From Spironucleus salmonicida (Eukaryota): DNA of 64,000 nt. The stretch is taken from NCBI RefSeq assembly GCF_000497125.1, contig NC_090599.1:186001-250000 (forward strand). The letters are read 5' to 3'. The position numbers and the translations under genes are program-made. This document shows positions 1 to 14,275 of this stretch, one piece after another; position 1 is the stretch's first letter, and the number at the start of each line of letters is the position of its first letter. The notes under the pieces are model-generated. The model was not told where the DNA came from and made no database searches. It saw nothing but the letters and a program-made list of their open reading frames with translations.

Positions 1-35
1 ATCTCCATTTTTATTTCCATTCCTATTTAAAAAAA

Positions 36-1562
36 ATGAATTTTATTCCCACAACAGCACTACCAGAGAGTACAAAGAAACTAGTTTATGTCCCACCATC
101 ACATGAAAAGAAGTAAAAAGATTCAGAGAATCAAGCATGCTATCCACTTTCTGAAGAATTACTTTTTAAATAATCAAATACAGTAAAACCACCACAGCAG
201 CAGGAGGTGTTTGTTACATCATCAGTTAATGATTAAATAGCCCCTTTAAAAACAATGGAATAATTTTTCGCGGTAATTCCTCCTTAAATTATTTTGAACA
301 TTAAAAAACTTTAATATATCAGTCCATCTGCGATTCAGCAATATACTATTCCAATAGCTATTACTGGATCAGATATTCTAGCAACATCATAAACTGGGAC
401 TGGTAAATCTGCAGCATTCCTCATACCGTCTCTTTCTTAAATTTTGACTGAAAATCTTAAGAAATTGACAAAGTCACCTTAAGAACATAAGTCTAATTAT
501 TCGGCAGTTGCAAAACCCTTTATCATTATTTTGTCGCCAACCCGTGAACTAGCTTTACAAAATTTTAAGGCCTCTTGCTAATTTTCTTTTAAAACAGGGA
601 TTTTGACGCGTGTTTGCTACGGAGGAGAAGGCTTAAAAGAGCAGCAAATAGCACTTAAAAGAGGATGTGATGTGTTAATTGGCACACCAGGACGTCTTAA
701 AGACTACATGAAATAAAAACTAATAGATTTTTCCTATATGAAAACTTTTATTTTAGACGAAGCTGACACAATGATCAATATGGGCTTCATCAATGACATC
801 AAGTTCATAAGGCAAGAAATTATTGAATAAACCTACTAACGGTCAAAATCCCAGCTGCAAACACTCATGTTTTCTGCCACATTTCCAAACTCAGTTAAGC
901 AAATAGCGAACGCATTTCTCAATTCTCCGTATTATATTCGCGTAGGGGATATTTTTTCTTGTGCGAAAAACGTCAAATAAATTATCTTGAAGCCGCAGGA
1001 CTTTAAGAAGCAGCTCTTCCTCAAATTTCTACTCCTCCAAAAGGGCGGGGCGTTGGTCTTCTGCAACACCAAAGCCACAGTAGCGAAATTAACGAAATTT
1101 TTGATTACTGAAATTCAGCAGAAAACGCTGCGCCAAATCCCCCAAATTCAGGCGGACGAGTTCGCCAAAATCACAGATTTTGACTTTTGCGAAACCGAAA
1201 TTTTACCGCAAAACGTGCAGTCGCTCAGCGGCGATAACACGCAGCAGGAGCGCAACGAAGCGATCGCAAACTTCTCCAACGACGCGCTGAAAATGCTCAT
1301 TTGTACGGACGTGGCGCAGCGCGGAATCGACCTGCCGAACGTCCAGTTCGTCGTGAACTACGAGATGCCGGACACATTCGAGGAGTACCAGCACCGCATC
1401 GGCCGGACCGGCCGCGCCGGAAAGGCGGGCACCGCTATCAGCTTCGTGGGCGAATTCGACAGCAAGGAGATGCTGAAGGGGGTCGCCGGGAACCTTGTCC
1501 GGAGCGAGAACGAGGTCCCAGCGTGGCTGTAGAGCATTTTCGAAAGAAAACGGCGCAAGTGA
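36..1562 (+). CDS. DEAD-box RNA helicase (Ded1/Vasa-like)
   Basis: Code-6 ORF from ATG36 to TGA1560-62, same frame as track ORF 987..1532. Motifs: Q motif (SAIQQYTIP), [37 protein letters not shown]. Confidence 0.93.
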
Positions 1563-1576
1563 GCAATTTATAGAAA

Positions 1577-4500
1577 TCAGTCCTTCAAAAACGAGTAGTA
1601 ACTAGCCTCCTCTTCGACCTCCTCCTTCTTGATGTCTGCGAGTATCTTCTCGCCAGAGCTTTTGAGCGTTTGGATGCGCGCCTCCAGCAGCTAAATTGCC
1701 GATTTAATGAAGTTTTTGTCGCTATCTAGGAAGGCATCCGAGTAACCTAGCTGCAGGTAGAGTAGCGATTCTTTGAGCGATTAAGACTGCGCTTAGAGGA
1801 CGACTAGAACATTGTTGATGCTGATGTTCAGATCTGCATTGTTGACTGTGGGTTCTTTGTTGCCGGCGAGATTAGGCAGTATCATTGGTAGTTTCATACC
1901 TATCTTGGGGGTCGTGCCCGAGGTTGGCCTTCTAGTTGAAAGGCGACCTGTATTGGGGAATTACTGCGTCTTTATTTTCTTGTTATTCTAAATAATAACC
2001 GAGTGCTGGTTCATATTGGGATACAAACTTCTAAATAACGCTAAAATAGTTGATGAGAAATTACAATGAACTAGATAACGAGCTTCGTCGGAAAGTGACA
2101 TAAAGGATTAAAGTGTATCGTCGCTATTAACTACAGGAATGAGTAGTTCCACATTATCTTCTCTTTCTTTTTTGATTCTAGACTAAGTTTCAAGAAGATT
2201 TACTCTTTATCTGGTAGGGCTTAAATTAGTTTTTCTTGATTATCTTCTAGAGTTAAATTAACTGGAGCTCGTATCATTTTTGATTGAACTAACTTCGAAT
2301 ATATTTCCTCTAGGAACCACCATTGTTGCTTTGAAAAACTCACTACTAGGTAGGACAATTGGTGAATCTTCGGTAAATGGACGCATACCTAAAGTTTATT
2401 GCCAGACTTAATAACATCTACAAAAAGCATCCTACATTTAAATTTAACCTTTTGTATATTCTACCAATTTATTATCAGCTGATATTAAAACATCAGTTAT
2501 AAGTCTAATTAAAATAAAATCTTAAGGCTACAGCTTAAAATCACCCTGATACTTAACTTTAATTAAATCCAATATTTGCTTAAAAATCCCACAATCATAG
2601 CATAATCTACTAGAAGTCAATCTTTTAGGTATACCAAATATACCATAACAACATAATAAACTTAAGTATTAAAAGTGATGTTATGATTATTGTAATATAT
2701 TCAAAAAATAATCTATCAATGTCTAAAAGTTTCCTTCTTGAATAATAGGTTATATTTCACCCAATTTAATAGCATAATTACAAATCAAAAAGGTAATAGA
2801 AGTTAATGCCATTTTTGCATTATTTGATAAATTATTTTATTCACATCGATCAAATAACTAAATAAATGAATCAATTGTTGATTCAACTAATTGTTTCAAT
2901 TTTTCCGTATTAAGAAGGCCTTCAAAATCATTACCTAATAATTTTGATATAAAAACACAAGAATGTATCTAATTTTGATTATTAACATTATTAAGGAAAT
3001 CAAATAACCCATTATTAATGAAAATATCCCACACCTTATCATTTCCTGATGGAAATGTAATAATAGCATAAATAAGCTACAATGCAGCATCCGTAGTCTC
3101 ATCAATTTATACAAACTTTACTGTTCCATCGACGAAATCTGAGTCCATATTTTACAATGATAATTTAATTGCCCTCGAAGGTGAAGTTCTTGAAAACATG
3201 CAGATATTGCTTAAAATTTAAAGCGTAAATATAATATAATGGACTTCAAACATTGTATCCAAACTATTAATTAACTGTGTAGCTGTTTTTTAAATTCTCT
3301 TAGTCGTAAGAGTATTTCTATAATCATCATTATGTATAAATTCCGTGGTAAATCCTTCTCTACCTACTTTTGCCTGCTCTAGTTAATATGCTCTTAATAG
3401 ACTAGCATCACGAATATCAAATTTTTCTTATGCTGCATACAATCTTGCTTTTCTAATATTCTCATATTTTGTTGATTTTTCTACTTTTTATAGTTCGATA
3501 CTATCTTGAACATGTAACTATTCGATACGTTTGTTGTAAATTTCACGCAAACTCGCAAACTTTTCTACTGTCAGTTTATTAAGTTATGTAAAATTGACTG
3601 TATGACCATCTGGTACATTTTATCTAATTTTATCTTGATTTTTAAGCGTTTGTTGTAAGTACACTTGTTACTTTCTAGACGAGTGGTATAGATTTTTTCC
3701 ATAGTTTTTAATGAGCTGAAGAAGATAATGGATAACAAAATTTGCAGGAGTTTAAGATGGTTGATTTTTAACAAAAGCTTATGACGTATGCTATTAATTG
3801 CTGGCAGGTTTGGACTCCGTTTCTTAATTCCCTTACAAAAATCTAGTTGGTGATGTGCTTCTTGATCTAAAAGGATCTACTGGGTTTTGCGGAAGCTTTG
3901 TAGTATTTCTTCTACTTTAATTTGATTTTAATTAATGCTACATTATAGTTTCTGCTCCATCTTCAAATGAAGAATTGTCACATCGAAGTTGTTTAATAGG
4001 CGATAAACTAGATAAATTAGTGTCTTATGGTTAAAGTTCTGAATCTGAGTCTTCATCATCTATAATTCTATTCTTATTAATCTTCTTTTTTTGAACTTTT
4101 TGAACTTAAAAATTATCTTGAATATTGAATGGAAGATCTTAGCATAAAAAAATAATAAATTAATTTAAGCTGCGTGTAGCTCGTTCTATTATATTTAAAA
4201 TTGCTAGTTAACTTTCAATTTAATATTTTCCCTTAACTTCTAGCCAACCATTTTAAAATAAAGCAATAGATAAAGTATGTGCAAATTCTTTTTGATCACA
4301 ACAATCAGGTACAAAAGTTAACCTTTACATGATTGTAAGTGTTAAAGTTGTCTATCTATTTAATATATCACCAGATAAGTACGAAATTAACTGAGATACT
4401 AAAGATTTTTAATTACCTAATTCTATAATAACAAATTACTCTTCACAGCTCTTTGTATACAAATCCAGAAAATATAACATCGTAACTGTAAAAACTTCTA

Positions 4501-5218
4501 AAATTTCTGAAGATATCTCCTTATAACTTTAAATTTTAACCGCAAATTTACCTATAGCCATTAAAGCCATATCATGAAAGCTTTATAAAACTTCTCCTTA
4601 TATAAGAGATCTAAAAACAACATTATCTGTGGTAAACTCAAGTACTGGTTAAATTACTTAATTAAGATTCTCTGACAATCGGCATACTGCTGCAAAAAAT
4701 GCAAAACATTCACAAATTGATAGTAATAAATTTTCCAGTTTTTAACTATCTGTAAGTTTATCTGTGTGTCTAATTTAATCTGGTAAATCTAGTAAAAATA
4801 CCTCTGCAATAATAGAAAATATTTCCTTAAGACAAGGTAAAAATTCTAACTGCATATTTGAAGTATAAAATATGCCTTTTGAAAGTAGTGTATTTAAAAA
4901 ATTAAAAACTGCCGGTATTAATGCCCAAGGTTAAAGCTCCGAATTTTAATCTAATTATATTGAAAATAGATCTCTAGCTAACCTTTTTTGAGTTAACTAT
5001 GTGAGTAGAATACTATTACCCACTGAATTTTCAGGTATTATCTATGTTTACTAAATGTTTTCTTAAATTATCTGCAGAAGATCTAACAATTCTGGTAATT
5101 CTTGTAATGCAATAGGTGCATTATTTCGAGATTCATTATAATACATCAATGCTCTAACCTATCTAGATGTATCTGATTTAATCAGACTATCTGTGAAAAA
5201 TTCCTAAATTTGCTCCAT
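1577..5218 (-). CDS. Large hypothetical protein (~1213 aa), helical ARM/HEAT-like regions plus Ser/Arg/Pro-rich low-complexity segments
   Basis: Starts MEQIQEFF at 5218 and ends ...SFLKD-TGA at 1577. Frame consistent at several sampled internal points. No diagnostic motif; the fold is a guess. Confidence 0.7.
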
Positions 5219-5226
5219 TTGCGGAA
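5219..5226 (-). promoter_or_regulatory. Candidate start-proximal element TTCCGCAA
   Basis: Minus strand reads AAAAATTCCGCAA-ATG. Confidence 0.45.
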
Positions 5227-5260
5227 TTTTTAATATAAATATTTCGATATAATATTAAAA

Positions 5261-6442
5261 TCATACGACTTCAAAACTATCTGAACAACTAAAATTTTCA
5301 ATAAATTAGCTATTTTAGATGATAAAACTTAATAAATAATACCGTATATTAAGAATATTCTTCGTACTATATTGAACTAGTTAATTATCTGCTAGTAAAT
5401 ATGCAACTAGAAATACAGCATAACCACAATCATATGAATTAACCTACTTCGGTAATTTTATCATATCTTGAGACCCAATAGTTTATCTTAACTCTTGGAC
5501 AATGCAAGTTACCTATTCTAATATTTCTAATGGTAAGCCTAAGTTAAAAGAATCAAATGAATATATCTTATTCTCAACATGATGATAATAAGCACCATAC
5601 CAATGTTGTTATATACAAATAGGAAAAAATATACTTTATTTATCTTATTTTTTGTACTTTAGTATATTTTATTCCCTAATTTAGTTAGACATTAAAAATT
5701 AACTATCAAATGTATAACATTGCAAAAAAAACTTTAGGTAGTCAATAATTTAATCATCCATCTTCTCTTTTATTAATAAACATTTAATATTCACTGATAA
5801 CTAAATATTCTCATTATTTTCCTCCTCGAATGTATTATTGAGTTCTATAAACTATAAATAGGTGTCGACAAAGCAGATTTAATTTTATAAAAATCTAAGA
5901 TTGAAATTATTATTTGTTTTCAAAAAAAAGTTAGACAATTATCTATACTATTTTTATAAAATTTCAGTCTTCAATAAATATTCTAGATCTAACTTAAATT
6001 TTTAGTAAGTCTTAATTAGATAAATTTTAACCTTTTACAATTGTTACTATTATTAATTTGGTTATATATAATTAGTAACTATTGGTGGATCAACTTCGGG
6101 CAATGGTGTAGATTCAGATTAACTAGATTTATTAAACTATATAATTGGTGAGGAATAAGATATTGGTAATTAATTTTTAATAAAATTACATTTGTTCTGT
6201 GGAAACAATACAGGAAATGTGGTCCTAACTTTAGTAGGAGAAATATATGATTACTCTGAAATAACTTTTTGTATTGGTTCACCGGGAGATTAATAATAAG
6301 TTACTGAATTATTATTTTTCTTTTTCGGACTATTATATATAATACTGCAACCTTTTGCTGCTGAATACTTTACATTAAGAGCATTAATCCGATTTTCTTC
6401 ATTTAATTATTGTTATAATTTTTATTTAATAACATTGTTCAT
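5261..6442 (-). CDS. Ulp1/SENP SUMO protease (peptidase C48)
   Basis: Catalytic triad motifs in frame: IFFPICIQQHWY (His), YSFDSF (Asp), PKQVNSYDCG (Gln/Cys). Confidence 0.88.
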
Positions 6443-6499
6443 TAAAATAATATACATTTTTATATAAATAATAATATAACTAATTTTAAATTTTTACAA

Positions 6500-9400
6500 A
6501 TGTCAGCTGCTGGTTCGAATAAGGTTTCTTATCCTAATGTAGCAGATCTTAAGTACTCTAATACATTAGATTTATTTAAAGTACTATCAATTCCACGTAT
6601 GAATTTTTCCAAAACAGGATAGGTTTCTTAAGAATTAGATCATGTTATCAAAAAATCAGTTGTTTATGTAAGAGGTCCTGTCTCTTCAGCGAATAGATTT
6701 TTAGTTCCCTCTAAAATTTCATAATAATTTTGTCTTCCATAGAGATATCTTTTTATTTAAATTTCCCCTGACATCTCTTTTCATACTGCTAAAGATATAA
6801 ATACATAAACTCACACTTCATTGACACTTTAAACTTAGTCTATTTCAGGTTAAACAGTACGATTTTAGCTTACAACTTTAACTTAAATCCCAAAGGTTTC
6901 AGCATCTTCGGTTATTCTTCCTCTAAGACTTTAAAGATGGTCCACTTTAGTTATTGACTTTCACCAATTATATAAACTTGCATATAATAATACTTTTACT
7001 TATAGAGGTCTCCTATAATTTGAAGCAACAGCTACTTGTGTGGTAAAAGGTGTTTATATGTCAAATTTAAAATATTCACCATTTGATCAAATCGAAATGT
7101 TGAGGTTATAAGCTCCATCTGGATTTGCTGGAGCACCAATTTCTAATCTTTTAGAGCATTATGACTGGATAGAATATGGAATTAGAGAATTTGATGTTGT
7201 AAAAAGACAAAACCTATAATATATAAGCTAAAGGGATATTTTTAGTTAAAATATATCACATGCAATGCCATTTATTTGCGATTTAACTGATTTTTAATCT
7301 GAGTTAATTGAATTTTAATAAAAAGAACAGTAGATAAAAGAAATTAAAAACTAAAGCAGGAATAAGCCTCTTAATAATCAAAATAATAGATTAAGTTAAA
7401 CTTTAAGCACTTATAAAGCAGCAAAGATTTAAAAGCCAAACATGCCAAAAAGCAAATTTAATAACGAGAATTTACTGTAAGGTTAATAAGAAACTTAAGA
7501 GATCAATTCAACCAGCGAAAATTCATTATGTCAGATAATTAATAACTAAGACACCTCTGAATTTGATACAGAATTAGAAGATGTAAATGTAATCAATTAA
7601 GATCCATCTATGGATACCTATGATGAAAAAGTTAACTAAATATCTGATTTACAGGAATCAGCCGTACTCAATTCTCAGTAGTAACATGATTTGTCTGGTT
7701 TATAATCTACAATGTAGAAATCAATTAAAATTAATACAGATATTTAAGTCCTTTAAAGTGCCTAATAGTAAAATGATTATGATCTTGGTATATTTTAGAA
7801 TACAAATGCAGATTTACCATCTCAGATTATTGAATAAATGATAATAGAATAAGCAAAAAGCAACTAATAATAAGTTACAGTTTCTGAATTATAAGAACTT
7901 AAAGAAGCATTTTAGGAAGGTAAATAACACTTAGATGATAACTTTTAGACATTAAATTAAACTGTTAGCTCTATTAAAGTGGTTAAAAATGATTTTTCAA
8001 AAGTTTACAAATAAAAAATGTAAGAATTACACTCATTATTTGTTCCTAATTTATAACTAAATACTGTTAATTCAGCATTAAATGTTAGAGGAATTATCGG
8101 ATGTGAAGTAACACCTAGATTTTAATTTTAAAATCAAGATGCTTTAGAAATAGAACAGCCAAATTTAAAAAGTATAGCAACTTTAGACCCCAGGGATTCA
8201 ATGAGTTAAGCTATAAATTGGATGAACTTCCACATAGGTGGTAAAATTATGTTTTAAGTAGATCAAGATGTAAAAGTTAATTTGACAGAAATTGTAGGTG
8301 ATAAACCTATCATCATTCCAAACTAGTATTTAACATTACTTTTAAACCATAAAATTGCTGCTAGTGTTGTTATTCCATAAAAAGAGATTTAATTATTTAT
8401 TTCTCATGATTTAGTCATAAGTTTGCTATTCAAAATTTAATAAAATAATAAAGACACTAGTTTATACAAGGAAATTGATGTATTTATATTGTAATCAAAA
8501 AAGTCAAATATATAATTCTTAGCCTCTGCTAAAAATTAACATTTTATAGTTGTTTTTGAATCATATAGTGCTATTTTTGAATTAACTGATAAATTAACAC
8601 TATCTTTACGTTGTCTTTTTAATAATTCTACTACAGGTATTTATAAAATTGAATTAGCGTAGTTTTCTAAAATGAACAATCGTCTATTTTTAATTGGTAC
8701 TAATTAAGCTAAATCATCTGTTGCTATAGCAGTATTTTCCTTAGATAATGTGATTACTTTAGGTAATGGATGGTTAAATGAATCTTAATCTAAGTTTGTA
8801 TTTTTGAAGTCACCTTTAATTTTAGAATAACTAAGTAACTAATAAAGACATGAATGTGTGTCTAGTTTAATTGAAATTAACTAGGAATAATATATTCTTC
8901 TTACAAATTAAAATATTAGATAATTAAGACTAAAAGATGGAATCGAGCTTAGAATGTCTGCAGTTTCATTAGATTTTACTAAATATAAAAATTAGCTCAT
9001 TAAAATTATGCAAAATATTCTTATAACAGAAAATTCAATGTATAATTCATGTAAAATGAAATCATAGCTTTTTGAGGAAAATCTTAATAAGTTAATTCAA
9101 CTTTTCATATTTTCAACAGGTCTTACTAGTGCAGGAATTGTACCTAGTAGTCATAATTAACTTCTTTTTTTAGTACTCTCAAATGTAGCCATTGTGTAGA
9201 TAAAATTAGAGGATTTATTTAATAATAACACGCCGGATATAGATGGGTTTTTACCACATGGTTTCATTTCACTTCTTTCTGTTGCTTGTAGCGATAATAA
9301 TTTCATAGTATCTTCAGATATTGCTGGAAATATACACTGTCATCGCGAAATTTGTGGCTAATAAAATATGTCTGCAAAATTTAACCAGCCGGTAATCCAT

Positions 9401-11014
9401 ATTGATAATGTCCGCTTTATAACAACATAAGAAAACTATAATGAAACAGAAAACTAAAGTTCATAATTATTTAATAACTCTAACTTAGAAACTTCTGTTT
9501 CGTCGTAAAAATTAAATGTCTAATAATTCGTGTCATTTTAACAATCAGGTGAGTTAGCAGTGTTTGAAATTAATGAAAATGGAGCTCAAGAATACACTAA
9601 ATACTACCACACGACCGTTTATAATATTCACGATTTTGCATTTGATCCAAATCATTTTGATGAAATGATGATTCTTACTGCATGTGATGCTAATGTGGTG
9701 AATGTAGATAAAATTTACGAAAGAAAAATTTAGTATAGTATCACAGTTAATAGTAAATATAAAGATATATCATCTATTAAGTATCAGAACTTGATTAGAT
9801 ATCATCCTACTAGCTATGTTACTGCCATATTTTACCCTGAAGAGTAAGAATTCATATTAACAGATTTGAACAATTCTGATATGTTATTTTGTAGTAAAAG
9901 GTTATTTAAATCGATCGGAGGTGTATATGACATAAATTTTACTCAAAATGGTAATTATTTATTGATTTCAAGCTCTATTAACGGATTAAAAATATATTCT
10001 ATCGAAAAATAAATATAATAATAAATACATATAAAAACTGATTTAATTTCATTTAAGACAACCCAAATTTTAAACAAAACTACAAAAAAGATGACCGAAA
10101 TAGTTGTTGGAATAACTCCTTAAAACCAAATCCTATTGGCTTCTATGGAAAATTTGATTTAAGATCAGGGATTTAGGCCTCTAAATATTCAAAAATAATC
10201 TATGGAATTTGTTTTAGACAAAAAATCTAAATAAAAATTCATTTCAGAGGAACATTTAAGCTCAAGTTTCTATCAAAATCAAATTAAATTTATCAGAAAT
10301 ATGTTATAATAAGGTATTATTTAAGGCTCTAAAACTAATTTTGGACTAATTTAGTAAATACCACTTACTCCTGATATGGACATAAGTAATTTCAAATTTA
10401 TCGAAAGAAAAGTTTTATCAATTTAAATCTCTCATTGCATACCTAATCTTCTAGGCGCAGTTATAGCCGATACTTATTTTATTTCATCAATGAACCCTTA
10501 ATCTAAGCTTAATTTCTTTATTACCGCTTATTCTTTAGAAACTTTCTCGTTATCAAATGGAATGCAAGTTTAATCTTTCCATTTTACGACTGTAATTACT
10601 AATCAAATCGAGTATTCTACACCAATCTTGCTCCAATCTAGAGTTCATGGGACATATTGTGTATTCTTACCATATCCTGAAAGAACGTTACTATATTCGC
10701 TTAATATTTTAGTACCTTAAATATGTAGTTAATTTAGGGTTTCTGAACTTCCATTTGAAGTTTTAAATGCCAAAATTTCATATAATGAGGATAAAATTGC
10801 TTTATGTCATAAAGGTAGTTCTGTATTTATTTTTGATTGGAATTGCACCGATTTTTGTGACTCTGAAGAATAAGTTCTTCTATAGAAAGAAGAACTATAA
10901 AAAGCAATCTTGGAGCTCCGACTTGAAAAAATTGTTATGGGAAGTGGAATTTGTGAATATGGTAATTAATCAAGCATGAGTGGAAGTATTAAAAGTGGGA
11001 TAGTTATTATATGA
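6500..11014 (+). CDS. WDR90/POC16-like protein (N-terminal CFA20/DUF667 domain plus divergent WD40 repeats)
   Basis: N-terminus GQVSQELDHVIKKSVVYVRGPVSSANRFLVP...LPQRYLFIQ resembles the CFA20 domain, followed by a long beta-rich region. ORF ~1504 aa. Confidence 0.72.
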
Positions 11015-11047
11015 TAATTAATGTGAAAATATTTTCCACTTTAAAAA

Positions 11048-12739
11048 ATGGAGCTGCTTAACTAAGCGCTTAAGCTGCTGAATTAGCTTCCGTCATAAAT
11101 AAAATAATCGACTTTACTCAGTTTATACCCTGAGTACAAATAAAATGTGTGTAAAATTGATGCTGTATTTGCAGAACAGATCGAAGCCATTAATAAATTT
11201 ATGAACCGAGACAATATAATATTAACATTCGACTTCCTGAACAATTAAATTAATCAGTTATTATCGCAATAAACTTAGTAGTCTACCTCAGATGTAACTA
11301 CAAAGTGCAGATCTATTATGACATTGCTAATTAACACTCCGGCGTCCCCCCATTAGGCATTTAAAGAGCTTCTTGTGCACTAAGAATTCCCAAAATTCTG
11401 TCCATTTGCAAGCTTCTAGCCCTATATATAACTTGACAAAAATTTGCTTATTTAACCTTCATAGGAACTCGATTTATAGAACTTTTCATCAAATTGGAAT
11501 GGAAAACATCCATTTGAGTAGATTATCACAGAATTACCAAGAAATACTAATTAGTTAAAAGAACTAATACCTAACGATGATGTAATCAATAATGCAATTT
11601 TCTACATTGAGACAAACTCCTAACTACTTTTAGAATATATTAATAGCGCAAATATATCATAAAGTAATAAACCTCCATCTTCACTTATTCTTCCCCTGTA
11701 AAATATATCCGCACTTGATCAATTCTAAATCATCCAAAAAGTATAACCCGCACTGAAATCAACTGCCTAGAAAGCCCTTTTAGCAACCTCAAAACTCATT
11801 CTAATCACCACAAATGAGGAACTTGCCTCAACTTGTGAATAACTCCTATAATTTCCAATTCTTGCTCTTGATGTCGAATTTTCGCCTTTTCATTCCTATC
11901 TTGGCAATACTTCACTCCTTCAACTGACCACTCCTTCTGGTGATGACTATATCTTCGATTTATTAGCATATTAAGATTTTACTCCGCTTAGAAAGCTATT
12001 TTCCAATCCTTATTCGCTTAAGATTATTCATGGGTGCTCAAATGATATATATTGGTTGCAACGCGATTTTCGTGTGTTTTTAGTTAACGTTTTTGACACA
12101 GCGGAACTTGCAATTTTATCGCGTTAACGTGCTAAACTGCAACATTTACTCGCAAAATATCACGTTTTTATCGATAAAAACGAATAATGCTCAGACTGGG
12201 CACTACGTCCACTAAAAACAACTCAAATTGAATATGCACGATAGGACAGTCACTGGCTCATCGGATTGAGTTGGGAAATGCAAGACTTAATCAATCGCGC
12301 ATTTTCTAAGAGAATGGTCGATTTAGAGCTTTTATCTGCTTCTAATCGAATAGATTTAGTAGAAGGATAAGCCATAAGGCCTATTAAATCTGCAAGTTCT
12401 AAGAGTTAGCTTGAAAATAGTTTGAACGAGTTGTGGCATGATGTTTACTGTCGTTTTTATGATTTACCAGTCGCTTAAGGCACGGAAAAATGTGTACAAG
12501 ACGATGAAATAACTTAAATCATCAGTGATTGGATGCAGAAATGTAACAATGATGGGTAGTTTAATGCCAGTAATTTAAAGTCTAAACATCCGATAAAGTG
12601 TGAAATTTGTGTTCAAAAAATTGAAATTCTAAGTGTTTTTAATCATTTTGGACACTTAAATTGCAAGTTTGAAACAATAAGACCAAGTTTATTAAATGAT
12701 ATCACAGATTAGTAATAGAAAATTCAGTTAATAGAGTGA
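11048..12739 (+). CDS. RRP6: Exosome 3'-5' exonuclease Rrp6/EXOSC10 (DEDD, RNase D family)
   Basis: LALDVEF..HSYLGNTSLLQLTT, KIIHGCSNDIYWLQRDF, VNVFDT, SDWALRPL...EYARQDSHWL. Confidence 0.88.
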
Positions 12740-12742
12740 TTC

Positions 12743-13654
12743 TCATACCTCATTCACTCCGTCGACTAGGGCATTCTCCTGCGCTATTACAATTTTTTGT
12801 TATTCCAAATAGCTAACAAATGCTGTTTCCTTGAGTACCTCATCCTAGATCATTTGATTCTGAATTTATTTCATCATTTCACGCTCCTAATCAGCGGAGT
12901 ACTAAATAGCGAAATTTTCCTAAACTGCATCCCAGAACCACCAAAAGAATCCAGGTTTCATTGTTAAGAAATCAACATCTACTTTCTCGCTGAGCAAAAT
13001 TCCTGAGCCTGAAAACTTTATATCATCCATTTCACGGAGCATACCGCCTATTAGAATTGTCTGGCGCTCGCTTGGTAATGCCTGAAGTTTCTTCACCAGT
13101 GCAATAACTTCTTCTAGATAAGGAGATCTGGCTTTATTTTACTTTTTTGGTAAAATCCCTGGAACTCTTCCTGGATGAAAATAGTAGAAAATTACTTCTT
13201 TGAGTTCTGAAAACTATCTAAATGCCTTCAGTTAATGCTTTTCAGCCTTTTTACAAAATTCATTGACGGCAGTTAAGAGTTTAGCTTCGTATTATTAACA
13301 TATTTCAAGAATAGAAGGTGTTTCACGATTGAAAAACCGGCAATTTGTAGCTACGAGCACCAGCTGTGTGAAACAATCACCTACATAGTAGAAAGGAACG
13401 ATATCTTATCTCGTATGTAGTCGGTCATTGATCTCATTAAGTGATACTGGTAGGGATATAAAATTTGGATATATATCATAAAGTTCTCTGAAATCTTCGA
13501 TAACGGGTCTTCGGAACAAGTCAAAATCAAATAAAGGTTCTATAGCTTCTTTCAATGCTGCCCGCATAGTTATTTAACAAGTCATGCATTAATCTCGTAA
13601 TTCTTTAACTAATAGTTTTGAGAATTAGTCCAGAGAAGCATACTATGGAGGCAT
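12743..13654 (-). CDS. Bromodomain protein, possibly with an ET-like C-terminal domain
   Basis: FDLFRRPV...YDIYPNFISLPVSLNEINDRL...LVATNCRFFN matches the bromodomain pattern with the conserved Asn. Confidence 0.75.
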
Positions 13655-13849
13655 TAATTAGTTTAAGGAAAATAGTATTATGGAATATAATAAGCATATT
13701 AAAATTGAAATTTTAAATTAATAAATTTTTATTAATAACGAGCTATAATATAACAACTGAGTAACAGTTTACTGAAAAACTGAGGTTAAATATTCATGAT
13801 ATAGTGTAAAATGCTTCAATATATAAAATTTTAAATACAATTGTAATGA

Positions 13850-14275
13850 TCATTTATTTTGTTCTTCCAGGAACTATTTGAAATTTTCTAACGCTGCAGT
13901 TATTTCCATTCTCAATACCTCAGCAGAATAATCTGGGAAGTATTCAGATTATATTCTTTCGATATCATCATCCCCTATAACCACTCCGACACGTTTAAAA
14001 CTAATAAGTTTCATTGTGATTAACATATATAATTCTTCTCTGTCTTATTTTTTAAATTCAGATCTTTCAAATAACTAATCTAATAAAAATTAATACTAAG
14101 CACGGCATTCATCAGCTGATCTACCAATATTTTATGCAACCTCTTACCAATTAACTGACATGTCATCAACAAATCTTGTAACTGGAACTCCTTCTAAAAA
14201 TGAGAATTCAAAGAATTTTTAGAGATTAATTTAATTATTTTGAACTACATCGTCTATATTTATTATGTTTGACAT
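13850..14275 (-). CDS. Small Myb/SANT-like domain protein (141 aa)
   Basis: VNWQEVAQNIGRSADECRAQY resembles Myb/SANT helices 2-3. Clean ATG-to-TGA ORF. Confidence 0.65.
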
